64,000 nucleotides of DNA from Ptychomitrium polyphyllum (GCA_973851085.1 OZ316776.1:2356001-2420000), one strand, 5' to 3'; shown: positions 44,501 to 58,049, numbered from the stretch's first letter. Program-made: numbers and translations. The notes: generated by a model not told the origin, from the sequence alone.

Positions 44501-46965
44501 TTGCCTTTCATTCAAGGAAGTTCTCAGCGGCAGAAATCAACTATGATATACATGATAAAGAACTACTTGCAATTGTGGATGTGTTTGAAGAATGGCGACA
44601 CTTATTGGAAGGAGCTTAACATACCATCACGATATACATAGACCACAAGAATTTGGAGTATTTCATGAGTGCGCATATTTTGAATCGTCGTCAAGCAAGG
44701 TGGAATATGTCGCTTTCCAGATTTGACTTTGTAATTATCTATTGATTTGGTAGCTTGCAAAGTAAGCCAGATGCCTTATCTCGAAGATCTTATTTAGCTC
44801 TTCAACCTGGAGATGATGTTTTGAATCAACAAAGGACTATTTTATTGAAGCCAGAGAATCTTTAATTGAAAGCAGCCATTATTACAACAACATCCCATTT
44901 TGAAGAAATTCGAAAGGCTTTGAAGAATGACGTCTTTGTTTCAAATATAAAGAAGCGCCTCAAAGACAATGGAAATCCTTCAAATAGCGATTAGGATTTT
45001 GAATTCCAAGAGGGCCTACTTTATTATAAAAGACTTTTGTACCTACCTCCAAGCCTTTTGCGGTTGAAGATCCTTCAAGCACGTCATGATTTTCTAGCAG
45101 CAGGACATTTTGGATTCAATAAAACAATGGAGTTGATTGCTAGAGACTATTGGTGGCCACAAATGTGGAAGTACGTAAAGGACTTTGTTCAATCATGCGA
45201 CACTTGTGCAATGGCCAAGGTACCAAGGCACCAACCTCATGGTCTCCTCTTCTGCTTCCAGTGCCAAAGGGCCCATGGTTGTCTTTATCAATGGATTTTA
45301 TCACGGACCTTCCAAATTCCAATTCTAAGGATTCTATTTTGGTAGTGGTGGATCGATTTACCAAAATGGCACATTTCATTCCATGCAACAAGACGGTAAC
45401 GGGAGAAGAAACTGCCAAATTGTTCCTAAATCACGTCTACCGCATACATGGATTACAAAATGATATTGTATTCGATCAAGGGCCGCAGTTCATTTCCAAC
45501 TTTTGGAAGGCTCTATTCTAGCTGTTGCTTGTAAAGATCAATTTTTCTTCAGCACACCATCCGCAAACTAATGGCCAAACCAAACGTGTAAATCAAATTT
45601 TGGAGCAGTACCTTTGTTATAGCATAAACTACCAGCAAGACAATTGGATGGATCTCTTACCTTTGGCAAAATTTGCTTACAACTGTACGGTGCATTCTTC
45701 AACAATTCAAAGTCCATTCTTTGCAAATTATGGCCATCATCCTCGAACAGATCCATTTCAAGCGAAGAATGTTGGAAGCTTTGTAGTAGAGGATTTTGTA
45801 ATTCAAGAAATTACCTTCCAGTTACAACAAGCTCAAAATTGTTACAAAACTTACGCAGATCGCCATCGAAAGGACCATCCAAAGTTCAAGATTGGAGATA
45901 GCGTATGGCTCCTACGACAAAATATACAGACAAAAAGACCATCAAAGAAATTGGACTATCAAAGGCTGGGACCGTTTGAAATCAGCAAACAAATAAATCC
46001 GGTTAGTTATCGCCTAAAGCTACCACCAAGCATGCAAATTCATCCAGTATTCCACATATCGTTGTAAGAAACCTATAACAAATCATGTATACCAGAGAGA
46101 TTTGTCCCTCCGCCTCCTCCGCTGGAAATCAATAATGAAATTGAATATGAAGTGGAAGAGATCTTAGATTCACGCATCAAGAACGGACGTATAGAGTACC
46201 TTATACATTGGCAAGGATATGGCATCAATGACCAAATATGGGTACCTTCAGCGAATGTAATAAATACATCTGAGAAGGTACGCAAATTTATCCTCAGAAA
46301 CCAGGTCAATGATGATGTGTCATCAACAACTGTTAGCTTCTCAGAGAAGTTTTTCCTTCATAGACAATTTTAAGAAGGAAGGAGAGATATCCAAACTTCT
46401 AATTGTATGTAGCATTATTTCCAAGATAGATGTTTTCCAGATCTTAGCTAGCATGTCAAATCTTCGTGTTATTATGGATATACGTGAAGAGCAATCGGCC
46501 ATGCTTTCATCAACAACAACATCTATTGAGCCAACTCAACTTTCTCTGCCCTCGGTAACGGAGGATTTAAGCCAAGATATGAAAGGGACATTCCAACGTC
46601 GAGTACGACCTTGTGCAAAAGTATTGGCAAGTCGCCCTTCACATTCTAGTCTTGATTCAGATACTCGCGCTCTAGTCATCTTGTTAAAAATTGGAAGAGT
46701 CACTCCTGGAGGATCTAAAATCTTATTTGGAGGATGTTTTGAAGGACTTAATCAAGATTAGATCTTGGAATGGAACTTTTCAACAGCAAAAGTCTTGGCT
46801 AATGGTCATCAGCGTTTCTTGCAAGAACCAGTTGAACCAGTGAACAAAGAACAACAAGCAGAGTTTGTTGCTTCACTTCTTTGACAAATTTTAAAATTTG
46901 TAGAAACGTGATGAGCAAGCCAAGAAAAAACTCCTCATGGAACTCGTCGCTAAATAGGGAGGTGA

Positions 46966-47610
46966 TGCCACAGACATAGATCATATAATATAGTCCTTAG
47001 AACATTCTAAAACCTTCTAATATACTATAATAGCTTCTTAGAATACTTTTAGATGTCTCCACAGTCTTTTCCATGTTCTTAGGAAGCGTCATAGGAAAGT
47101 CCCTTCACCTTAGGTAACTTCCTAAGAAGGTTCTATCATCTTAGGTAACTTCCTAGGAAATTTCCTACAAAAATTCCATCATCTTAAGAAACTTCCTAGG
47201 AAGATTCCAACAATTCTAGGAAACTTTCTAGGAAGGTTCTACCTTTTTAGAAAACTTCCTAAAAAGGTTCCGCTATCTTTGGAAACTTCCAAAGAAGGTT
47301 CTAATTCCTTGGAAGCTTCTTAGGAAGGTTCCAACATCTTAGGAAACTTCTTGGGAAGGTTCTTTAGACTTCCAGAACATTCTTAAGCCTTGTAGGAAGC
47401 TTCTTTAGAAATATCCTAGGAGATACAACGTCTTAGTATAACTAGGAGGCAAGACAAAGTATTCTTTAGTCTTGCCAACACAAGTTGTGGATCATCTTGA
47501 ATCCTGCCTTGATCTAGTCTTTGTATTAAGTTCTTGTTAATCATTAGCTCTTTGGAAGCTAATTCTTAAGAAACACTTCGTTTCTGCTTCTTGTTTCTTG
47601 TGTCCCTAAC
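46966..47610 (+). repeat. 3' LTR of element C (645 bp)
   Basis: Follows the purine tract; homologous to the 5' LTR with numerous substitutions and a longer tandem array; terminal A missing at the junction with element D. Confidence 0.9.
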
Positions 47611-49845
47611 TGTTGGTATATTTTTTTTAAAACCAGTTGCATATGACAGTCAAAGATATCATTTATTATGTGTTGGAAGATTGCAGGGACATTAGTAAGG
47701 CCAAAAGGCATGACATTGTTTTCAAAATGACCATACTTAGATCGAAAAGCTGTCTTCTATTTGTTTCTATCTTTAATGCGTACAAGATTGTAGGTTCCTT
47801 TAAGATCAATCTTGATGAATATCTTTGCTTAGTCAAGTTGGTGTAGGAGTCTTGAGATTAATGGTTACGGATAGCAATTTTTTTTTGTTATTTTATTGAG
47901 GCCTCAATAATCCACGTACATACGTAATGATCCATCTTTCTTCTTTATAAATAGAATGGGTGCTCAAGCAAGTAATTTAGAATGTTGAATGAAGCCCTTT
48001 CTAAGGTTTTCATCAATATATTCTCTCAAGGCAATCAATTCGGTTTATGATAGGTTATAAATAGGTCCAAAAGGTGATTAGGCTCCTTCTTGCAACTCAA
48101 TGGTACAATTGTAAGGCCGGTGCTTTGATAACATGTCCGCATTTTTCTTTTCAAACACGTCTTTATAATCTTGATATTGACAAGGTATATTTTTATTAGT
48201 CCCTACTATAGAACCGAACATTGGTGTGGCATAAATGGCATAGATTGATTCATCCTTTGCCGCTCTAATGAATACCTTAGCTCTAATAAATAATGGTCTA
48301 TGATTTCTTGTACTTTAGCGTCTTTTCCATGAGACCACATTCTGTGAATGCCAATCAACGTTTGGATTATGTAATTCAAATCAAGGAATGTCCAAGACTA
48401 TAGGATTTATTTGGCATTGAATGATATTGAAGACATTCTTAGATGCTTAGTCTCTTAAAACAACCTTTAAGGATTGAGTTTCTTCAATAACGTTTTTAAT
48501 TGCAAGAGATTGTCCATCAATAACTTCAATAGATGCGAGGTATTTTTTATTCACAAGCACCATGTGATGTTTGGTTGCAAAATCCTTATTCATGAAGCAT
48601 GCCGTTGCACCAGTATCCAAAAGAGCTTCACTAACTATTTTATTATCTAATAATTTAATTTTGATAGGAAACATAAAACAAAAGGTAGGACTTGAAGGTA
48701 GTAAGGGACCTTAATTTAATGGTCATTTTTTTGTAGTGTCCAGTCGCATGGTCCCTACTATGACTAAACAACCTCGTTTTTCAACTTCACCATTGTGCTT
48801 TGTGCTTTAAAGGCAGATCGTTTGATTTGGCAATTGTGCACTTTATGTTCAGACTTGCTACAATACAAACGTAGGTTTTCTTCTTCTACGCCTTTTTTTT
48901 CTTCTTCTGGAGTCAAGCATCTAAACTGGGCAACATCAATTTGCATAGGTTCTGGTCCTTGTGGTCGGCTTTCTAATACTTCTGAAGAAGTGCTTGCCGT
49001 ACTTTGACATACTGGTTGCCATTTCAAGCGTTATTCTTGGTGCCTCTCAAATGATTTATTGCCACATGCTATTGCTTGAGTGATGAATTTGTCCAATGTT
49101 TTAACCTTTAGCACTGTGAGTAGCAAATCCTTCACATTCTCTCTTAAGCTCCATTGGAATTATGTGACCAAGGCTTTATCATTCCAATCAAGGTCACAAA
49201 CTAGTTGTCAAAACTCTACAATATATGTAACAGCTGAGCGTTGTCTTTGTTGTAGACTCTGGATCCTTGTTTCAGCCACTTTCTCTTGGTCAGTGTTTCC
49301 AAAAGTAGATATTAACGCTTCTATAAAAGCATCTAAGTTGTTCAATAATGGTGACTGCTTCTCCATTAATGGTACAAATTATAATAGTACGTTGTTTGAT
49401 AGAAGAGTGATTACAAATTTCACTTGAGTTATGCCATTAAGATAGCAAGATTGATGCAAATTAAAGAAGAGCCTTATTTGTCAAACAAAGCCTCTTAATT
49501 TTGATCTTGATCCATCAAACTTGTCTGGCATGCTAATCTTTGGTTCTATATGGTATTAATGTAAGCCTTCTTTTTTGATATTGACTTCTCACAATCAAAT
49601 AAATTCTTGATATAGACTTTGAATATCACCATTGGATTCTTCAGCTTGCTGAATGTACTGTTTTAAATTATTGGTAGTGTTGAAGCGAGCGAGTTCCGTT
49701 TAAATTGTGTTTAATAACTCCTAAAGGTCTAAAATAGTTACAAACATATTCTCTGATGTTCCAGGCATGTTATCCATTACTTAAGACTGTCAAAGACAAA
49801 CATACTACAAATACCTTCAAAGGAGGTTAATCCAAGTCCTTTAAA
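47611..49845 (-). mobile_element. Element D: inverted, truncated copy of family C (leader-gag-PR-part of RT)
   Basis: Minus-strand fragments PEPMQIDVAQFRCLTPEE and SEALLDTGATACFMNKDFATKH match element C (about 41770-44000); no LTRs seen. Confidence 0.88.
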
Positions 49846-50774
49846 TGAGAGCTCCATCTTAACCTTCTATTGGTAGAAGTTCTCACCATAAAACTTTTGA
49901 ATGACCCTCAATCCTTCACCTTCACTTGAAGCCATATCTAAATAAACAGTATACCTCTAAACACACTCTTTCTCAATTCCTATACTTTTCACAAGTCCTC
50001 ACAACTATGGATGTGGAGACAAGCCCTTCAATTCACTATCTCCATTCAATAAGCACTCTTCTCAATGGAATAACAAGACAACAACACCAAACACAAGGAA
50101 TTGGTGTTAGAAAGCTTGAATCCAAAAAAGACACTATCAAGGCTTTATCATCACTAAAAGAAACTCACTATTTAAAGAGCTTCAATAATCGCAATTCTAA
50201 AAGAGCTCAAAACATCCAAGTAAGCACCTATATATGATAAAATTCAAAGTTAGGCAAATTTTGATTCTATCATCAACAACTACCAAGTAATCTTGCTTTA
50301 CATAAGAATAACAGCTGCAAACACTTCAACTTAACTTAACAACACAATTAAGTGTGAGTGGGCCCATAATCTATTGAAGAAATGCAACAAAACTAATATA
50401 ATTATCAAAAAGAGAGAGTAAGAGTTATCTTGTTCCACACTTTTTTTGTTGCAACCTTACTTCCAATACAGTTTACTTATCTAGTGGGAAGGACACTCAA
50501 GGGTGGCCTAGCCTTAGCCGCCACCCTAGCTGCCGCCTTAATCCTAACCATTATTCCAACCCTAGCAGCCGATCTAATTTTAACCGCCATACCAAACTCT
50601 AATTACCTTCTTCTTCATCTTAGCTTCTATATCTTCTATAGCTTCTTCTTTAACATCCCTTTGACCATTAGCAACTTATTAAGCTCAAGTACCATATGAA
50701 GAAAACATCAACTAGGATTACTTTGCATATTTCACTCTTTTCAACAAGTACATTGCAACAAGCCATTGTATATA

Positions 50775-51070
50775 AGAGGCAATATGGCTAAGGCAACTTC
50801 TAGTGGATATGGGATTTGTCCAAAAAGAAGCAATAAGCATCATGAATGACAATCAAGGATGTATAGCACTTACTAAGAACTCCGCACATCACTCTTGCAC
50901 CAAACACATTGATGTACGCCACCTTTAAAATAGGTTGAAGAATAAAGACATAACCTTGACGTATTGTCTAACCTCTAATATGGTGCCTAATATTTTAACA
51001 AAAGCACTTGCAAAAGAGGGCATTATGTGTTGAAAATAACGTCAGGACTAAACAAACTTGCTAAATGGAA
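50775..51070 (+). pseudogene. Ty1/copia RNase H C-terminal remnant
   Basis: Reads DNQGCIALTKNSAHHSCTKHIDVRH ... YCLTSNMVPNILTKAL, matching the copia DNQ.AI.LA.NP..H.RTKHID / ADILTKAL pattern. Confidence 0.8.
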
Positions 51071-52549
51071 GTTGATGTATTGAGGAGAGGATTGTATAAT
51101 AGAAACATAGATAATAGATATGTAAATTCTAAGATTATAGTGTGTTCCATGTGATTTGTCACCAAGGGAAACTTAAGTAGACTATAAGAGGAGGGAGCAA
51201 GGGGGCAACAGTTAGTCACTAAGTATTGTTTACTTAACATGTGTAATCAGAGTGCAATCCTTTCTTATCAATTTCGATACATAGTCCTGGGCTGATTTGA
51301 ATGTGCACTAGAGCACCCACACATATATACAATTATACATTCAGGTCTACGAATGTAAAACACTAGCACACTGTTCTACAGAATTCGTCTTCCTCTCTCC
51401 GGCCCTGCACAATTGCCAAGAACCCCATCCACTCGTGCAGATTTTACACCTTGACGACCACTACATCACCACACAGGATAATAATGCCTCCTCTTCGAGC
51501 TAAGTTAACAGAATCACTTGACGGACAAGCAGCTGAAATCACATTGCATGTCTTTGCTGTTTTCTCATACTATTTATAAGGTCGGTCATATCTAATCAGC
51601 GCGATATTCCTTTCCTTGCGAAGTAAATATGTAGCTCTTATCCTTGTGAAGAGCATTCACCACAACTGTGACTTTATTTCCTTCTTGGTACCTAACACTC
51701 CTTAATCTCTGCTTGAGCATTTCGGTGGAACTGTGCGATATTGCATTCAGGGCTGCAGTAGTCTTCTTGGTTTGAGATATTGGACCGACTGGATTCTGTA
51801 TGATTGTGGGTTGTTCGATAGATGCATGAAGGCATAGAGAATCCCTCCCTTTCGCTGAATAAATATTGCTATCTCCTCAGCATCTGTCCTTTTCGCTGTT
51901 ACATCGCATACAAATGGAACGTCGTCCACCTCCGCATCCATCGCTAGGCGTTCCAAATTACCTGGTATAACAGAGAAAGCTACAGGGCAACTACTAAGGT
52001 AAATGCTTTACTGCATTGCAATCTGACCCGAACTTGCACCGATTAATTCCTCAAGGGTCGTGGTGAAAATTCTGGACCGAAAGTGAACAAATCTACTCAA
52101 ACTTAATTCAATGACCACTCCAGAGAAAGACGTCAACCTAGGAGAGACCAACCCAAAGAATCTTCCAGCTAGACGCAACAACTGAGATATGATCCTTCAT
52201 GAAATACCCCCTAATTCACCAACTCTCCAACCTGGCTACCGTGTCCATAAAAACACACATCCAAAAACTAGGATTATGCTAAAAGACTCTGCATTCAACT
52301 CCTAGAGGTGGTATACATTCTCGTGGAAACACCTGACAAGGAGCCTTGTAATGCAATTTCAAATATCTCTCTCGCGGACTGCTGTCGTTCTCAACTATTT
52401 CTCTCAACCACACATTACATACACTTCGGACGTTCAATCTTTGTAAAAAACAAACTACAATCCACAGTCAAACGATCCGAATATCAGCATACCACCATAC
52501 TCCCAGAACATCGTTCCAAAATTCTTAACGTACTCCAATTTCAATAACA

Positions 52550-55547
52550 ATCGCACCAGCAGCCCATCTAACGCGTCGAGTCAACTGGACATATCCCGAA
52601 CCAGACCTTCAAAACGTTCGCTGAAATTCAGAATTTATTACACCATGCAGCTGGCATATCGAACACAAGGCAGCACAAGAAGGGCCATTGAAGCCTGATC
52701 GTCTTCATCCTCAGCTCTACAGCAAGCCAGGAGTCCGTCGCTACCCTGGTCCCTATTCACATTCCTCGCCCTACAACAGCCACCTCTACAGACCTCGACT
52801 TGCATGCCACTCAGCTGAGTTGAGTGCGCGCAGTCTCACACAAACAATATCACACGCGCGTTCACATGTATGAGACACGCCCGGATCCACATCTACTCGT
52901 TGTTCGACTGAGCTCACCCTCCTCTCCGGCCATGTTCAGCAACGAATGGCCCTGCCGGATTCCGTTCCTAAGACGTGATCGGCTGGGCTTGTACACCCTT
53001 CAGAGCTTCACGATCACCTTGGCGAGCACCACCTTGCCGCACAGGAGCTTGATCACCTTGCCCTCGACTCCCTCCACGATTTCCTCCACCACTTCCAGCA
53101 GGAGTTCCGTGACGCCCTTCACGATCTTGCCCAGCAGGCTCAGGTTGAGGTTGACAACCACATTGAGCTTCAGCAGCTTGCCGTTCTTGCCGAACACGAG
53201 GAGCTTAACCCTCAGCAGGTTCAGCGCGACCAGCTTCACCTTCACGGGGCCCAGCACGGCCCGCTCGCCCTTCTTGGCGTTCAGTACCTTGCCCACGGCC
53301 ACCAGCAGGCCCACGTCGGTGCTGCACTTGTTCTTCAGCGTCAGCTTCACGTCCGCGCTCGGCAAACCACCCTTACTGTTGAACGCTGACGCCTCGCTCA
53401 TGCAGAGCGTGGCCACCACCAGGAAGCCGAGGACCAACACCGCAGACATTGATCTCGCCATGGTGCGATTCTGGCGAGCGATGACGGACTGGAAGGAGCT
53501 TAATGTGGGATGCGAGGTCACCGAATGCGAGCGAGCCGATGAGACTGGTCTGTTGTGAGCTAGTGAGTGCGGGTTCTTATGCTGCATCAGCTCCGGTGCG
53601 TGTCGATGTGCAGTGCGATGCTCTCATGCGTGGCCGGCAGAGGTGCTTCGAAGGTTAGAAAGCTAGAGTGTTAGAAAGGCTTCGGAAGTTTCGGCGGTGA
53701 ATTTTGGCGCCCGAGAGTGACTGACCGACCAATCCCAGGAGTCACTGACTGAAAGCGGTTTTGAACATCTAACTTACATGCACGATCGTAAATCTCATGC
53801 ATTGTTCAGTGTACCTGCTGACATCCCCGTCGGAAAATGGCCCCTAGGATTTCGTCGCGGTTGCATGGGCGCGTAATGGAGAACTTGCTTTCGCTCTGGA
53901 ACCGTATCGTCGCGACAACTGGTGTCATCCTTTTAATAGTCTTCGAATGTCAATGAGTAATTACTCCGAAAGCCGAACATATCTGGCTAGTCCCATCGGA
54001 AATCGATTTATCTGAGCGCCGGAGCATTGACCCCTCATCCGGCTCACATCCCAGAGACGTTCACTTTGCCGAGTTTCCGCTTGCCTGGACCAGAGGGCAT
54101 CTTAGCTCAAGTCAACTGCCCTGTTAAGGCAAGGCACAGCAAGAACGGACCGAGTTCCATCAGAGTTAACAATTCGTCACACTCAATGGTTGTGCGTAGC
54201 TTGCAGGTTACGAGTTTACTTGTCATGCTAGATGCCATCTTACAGATAGAAACGCCGGTACTGCAGGCTGGGAAAAGCTCTGCGATACCAGCTCCTGCTC
54301 TCTGGTTAGTGCGTCACTTCTCAATGCATACCGCCAAGAACGCCGTCTTTTACGCTTGTGGAACAGAACTTGAGAAGTGAGTGCCGCGGTTGAATCGTAG
54401 TAGGTTAAGTTTCATCACGTCATCAAGTTCAACTGATTACGTCAATCGACCAGAAGCCGTACAGTGTCATCGGAAATAACTGCTCCTACCTCCAAAAGTC
54501 ACCAACTCCGAGCTGATTCAACCTACAAAACCTAGCATTGATCCCGCTAATCTCTGACCTGCCGTCCAGCTGTGAAGACTGGGAAGAGGTGTAGCAGGCC
54601 GCTGCGCAAGCACCGCAGCCGCTGGCTTGGTTGTGGAGGTTGCCCATGTTGCTGTTCAGATGCTCATGGGTAGCTTGGACGGACGACTCACACTGCGCCA
54701 CTTCCGAGCAATGGGCATTGATACCGCACCAGCAAGCCAGCACTCGGATAAGAAGTCGGCGTGGACATTGTCACCATTTACATCCGGGTTTGAAGTGCAG
54801 TGTGACGTTGGGCGCTGCACACTTGGGACACGGTATTGTACACTCCCTGTAATCTCTGGTAGCCTTGGAACTCCGATTCCAGTAAAGGAACTCCCTAGTT
54901 GGTGCCTCGCAAAGATCATCCTCCCTGGCGCACGTCGGCGGTTGAGCACCCGTTCGCTCCTATCCGCTCTGGCTTACTTGCGAGAACTCAACAAGTACTT
55001 GACTCTGGAGAAATCTTAAACCTTCATCGGTGGAGACTTCTGGACCTAAGTGAACAGAAAGGAGGTGTATATCTTTAGAATTCTATGGCAGTAGTTTGCT
55101 ATAATATTGCTTTGTTGGACTTTGTTAGAGAAAATGACCCGAAGGCCAAGTGAGTTGTCTATGTGAATCTGATTAATACGAGGTGACCTTTCATATTTTA
55201 AGCCAGAGAATTTGACTAAGCTACTTTTGTTCCAAGTTGACGATCGGAAGATCCGTAAATTCGTCCTGCGGGTTGCTTCTCAATTGATGGTTTTGTCCAT
55301 GAAGTCCATTACGACCATCACTCTACAATGATACTCGAGTGATAATCTCATACACAATCCCAAGGACGCCACCGTAAGGTTGTCGAAAGTGTCACTGGCT
55401 TGTGGCGTTGATCTTATAAGTTGAAAAGTGCTCTAACCAGAAATCTCATTTATTTTCGGTGAACGAAGTAAGGACCAAATGTTTACAGTCTTTCAACCCT
55501 AGATTTGCCTGTCTTTGGACGGAGGGCAGGATGACATTCTGGAAACT
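52550..55547. repeat. Left arm of a 2,998-bp near-perfect inverted duplication
   Basis: Position x pairs with 115511-x; all ORFs in the arm are mirrored with identical translations; one mismatch seen (52577 vs 62934). Confidence 0.97.
53000..53461 (-). CDS. Uncharacterised secreted Leu/Val/Lys-rich protein, 153 aa (copy 1)
   Basis: ATG in good context (ACCATGGCG), signal peptide ending ASA|F, strongly G/C-ending codons, single exon, AATAAA downstream within the arm. Confidence 0.8.
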   Translation of the reverse strand: MARSMSAVLVLGFLVVATLCMSEASAFNSKGGLPSADVKLTLKNKCSTDVGLLVAVGKVLNAKKGERAVLGPVKVKLVALNLLRVKLLVFGKNGKLLKLNVVVNLNLSLLGKIVKGVTELLLEVVEEIVEGVEGKVIKLLCGKVVLAKVIVKL

Positions 55548-55755
55548 TTGACAACATATTGAAGGGAAAACACGACGTAAACTATATTCAAGAAGCAACG
55601 GCAGTGACATGATAGAAAGTTACAAAGACCGCGGTGCAGTTGAACGGAGCTCCATGCAAGGGAGGATGAGCCCAGAACTTTGACAGGACCTTTATGTAGA
55701 AATCGCAACAACGATCCAGGAGAGAGAGCACGGCAGATCCCAAACTTTAAGGTCT

Positions 55756-57463
55756 TCATCGGTAACGCTTAAGAGAAAGAGTGTTGTTGCGCTTCCATGT
55801 AGCACGAATGGAGGGGCGAGCCTTGGTATACAAGTGGCCTCTACCACGGAGACCACGGTACTTCTTGCCAGCTGAAGTTAATCCACGCAACTCACGGTGC
55901 TTGTGCACGGGGTTCACAATCCAGTTGATTCTTGGGTCCTTGCGGATAACGGTGTGTTGTGGGTCCACCAAGATGATCTCAAAGTACTTGTAAGTTGAGT
56001 CCTGCACAGAAAACTTTTTGCCATTAGTATAGTCCCTTTACTTATATTCAGAAGGTAACCTCAACAGCGACCAGAAAAGAAGCCGTCACACTATCAAATG
56101 TAGAATTCAAAGTAATGTACAAGGCCTGGCAACTTTGAGAACGCAGAAAAATGGCTTTGAAAAATAATATAGTCAGGATTTTGAGCAAATTTTGAGGAAT
56201 CAGCTAATTGCAGCGTACCCTGCTCACCTGACGTCGTAACTATCAAATATACTAAGACCAAAAACGCTAGGAAAATAGAATTGACAGACCTGGTTGATCC
56301 AGTAAGAGTTGAGGACCCTAAGGCCTCCAAGCTTCCTTCCTGCACGTTCCTCAGCTACTGATCGCAAGTTGCGCTGAAACTTGAGCTGTGTAATACCCTG
56401 GTTCTTAGGCTTTCCATACACAATACCCTTGGCAACTGGCCTCTTCCTGCCTCCACGGCGCACACGGACGCGGTACACCACATAACCCTAAAACAAGATC
56501 AGGAGTAACAAGATGTCAAAAGCGACCTTGCAGGAAATTGAGAACTCGTGCCCATGCGTATGCGACAAAAGCTCAACCAGTGACGCTGTTCATCATTCGG
56601 CTCAGATAGCACACAGACTTTAGTAATTAGTCAGAACTTTATTGTGTTAAGACAACCAACGTTATAAAGCAACCATCTGTTATCGTCAGAAATGACACCC
56701 AATACGGAGTCCAGCCCTACAAACACACAAGAATGCTAATAGCCATATCCAGATGTACACGAAAAACACTCTACTAGAGTCGAAACATTTAGACACCAGG
56801 AATCCAGAATCTACTGAAACCTATTGAAAATTAGGGTTGACCTAATGGAAATTAGAATTAGTCATAGTTAGTTCGAACACATTTGCATTCACTGATTCAA
56901 CTGTTACGATTTGTGAAACGAAGCAAACTCAACAATGCAAGAAAGGTTAGAACAAATATCTGCATATACCTGCTTGGCCTTGTAACCTAGACGGCGGGCC
57001 TTGTCAGGGCGGGAAGGGCGAGTGACGCGGACAATGCCGGGGAGCTGCCTGTACTCCCAGCAGCGCACACGCAGTAGAAATCGAAGCACATCGGACTGCT
57101 TCTTCCGCCATAGCTCCTCAATGTACTTGTACGCACCTGCAGAACGACACGAACTCCCATTACTAGACCCGACCCTCGACAACTCCGAAACCGTCAATGT
57201 ATCAAATTCAACCAGAACAAACATCACCACTTCAAGCAGACTGGATTCACTCGACCAGAACATAAAAGCAACTTAATACAAAAACAAGAAACAAAAAACG
57301 CAAATTAAGCAGAAACCCCTGAATCACTAAACCCTAAAATTCACATAAACCTCGGACTGACATAACACACCAGAAACCAATTCTTTGAAGAAGGCTGTAG
57401 AAAAAGAAACAACACTGAAGGGTACGATATACGGAAAGGGCGAGTGCGGGTGCTAGTACCCAT
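55756..57463 (-). CDS. RPL15: 60S ribosomal protein eL15 (204 aa); exons 57463-57460, 57136-56970, 56487-56290, 56001-55756
   Basis: [76 protein letters not shown]; exon lengths sum to 615 nt (205 codons). Confidence 0.98.
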
Positions 57464-57582
57464 GATGAACCGGATTTCCTGCCTCCGACGCGCAGAGACG
57501 CAGTGACGATGGCGCAACCGAAAGAGAACCGGTGGTGACGAGCTCCTGACATTCAAGGCATCGAGCCGCCTCGTTGATCCCA

Positions 57583-57591
57583 AAACCCTAA
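57583..57591. promoter_or_regulatory. Telo-box (AAACCCTAA) upstream of RPL15
   Basis: About 120 bp upstream of the ATG; a second copy lies in intron 1 near 57329. Telo-boxes are typical of plant ribosomal-protein promoters. Confidence 0.6.
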
Positions 57592-58049
57592 TGCCTTATG
57601 TCCCGAAAACGTAAAGGACGCAAACAAAAAACCATCATGTCCCTTAAAACCAAACATTCTGCACACAAAATCTACCAACGCCGCAGAGAACGTTAGGACT
57701 GTGCTACAGTCACAATCGTTCTATGACGTTCGTTTGGTATTATCTAAGGTCTCTGTAGAATGTGTGCGTCAAAATTATGTAAATTGGGTGGATGGTGTTG
57801 CTTTTGGGTATGCAACGGTTTTGTGTACTGCAACGGGTATGGGTGTGCGTGCCTTACGTTTCAGGCATCTCTGAAAGTGCTCAGATCAACTGTGAATGGT
57901 GTTGCCCTACGCCTTATGGATCGTAATCAGCTGCCCGTCCACGAGCTCATTCGTTCATCCAAACTGAGATAATTTCATCCATATGTTATGCTTTTCGTTG
58001 ACGCGCTCTCTAATTATGCCCCAAAAAAGGCTCGTTAACTGGTTACGGT

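Larger units (their letters stand above)
40997..47610 (+). mobile_element. Element C: full-length but decayed Ty3/gypsy chromovirus (Tcn1/Tf1-sushi-like gag-pol)
   Basis: LTRs at 40997-41599 and 46966-47610; gag PNKFDG..LWFAPLMEK, knuckle CFYCGKSGHKVRDC, protease LLDTGA, RT YFDDILIYS, RNase [11 protein letters not shown], integrase SMDFITDLP, chromodomain VEEILDSR..EYLIHWQGY; purine tract AAATAGGGAGGTGA; multiple stops and frameshifts. Confidence 0.93.

Noticed and set aside
46309..46761. Extra ORF (env-like?) between the chromodomain and 3' LTR of element C
   Set aside because: No signal peptide, TM segment or recognisable motif, in an element full of decay; cannot be supported without aligning other copies.
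52824..53558. 244-aa Ser/Thr-rich ORF (and its mirror 61953-62687)
   Set aside because: Antisense shadow of the GC3-biased secreted-protein gene; non-ATG start and no independent features.
53462..53587. 42-aa N-terminal extension of the secreted protein from an upstream ATG
   Set aside because: Lacks the codon bias, would bury the signal peptide, and the ATG sits beside a TATA-like CATAAGA, so it is probably upstream of the TSS.
54027..55019. Several 70-130 aa ORFs in the palindrome arms
   Set aside because: Overlapping on both strands with no motifs or codon bias; identity between arms reflects the duplication only.
56499..56596. Box C (ATGATGA) ... box D (CTGA) pair in RPL15 intron 2, suggesting an intronic C/D snoRNA
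   Set aside because: No terminal stem, the CTGA coincides with the likely branch point right by the acceptor, and I could find only about 8 nt of possible rRNA complementarity.
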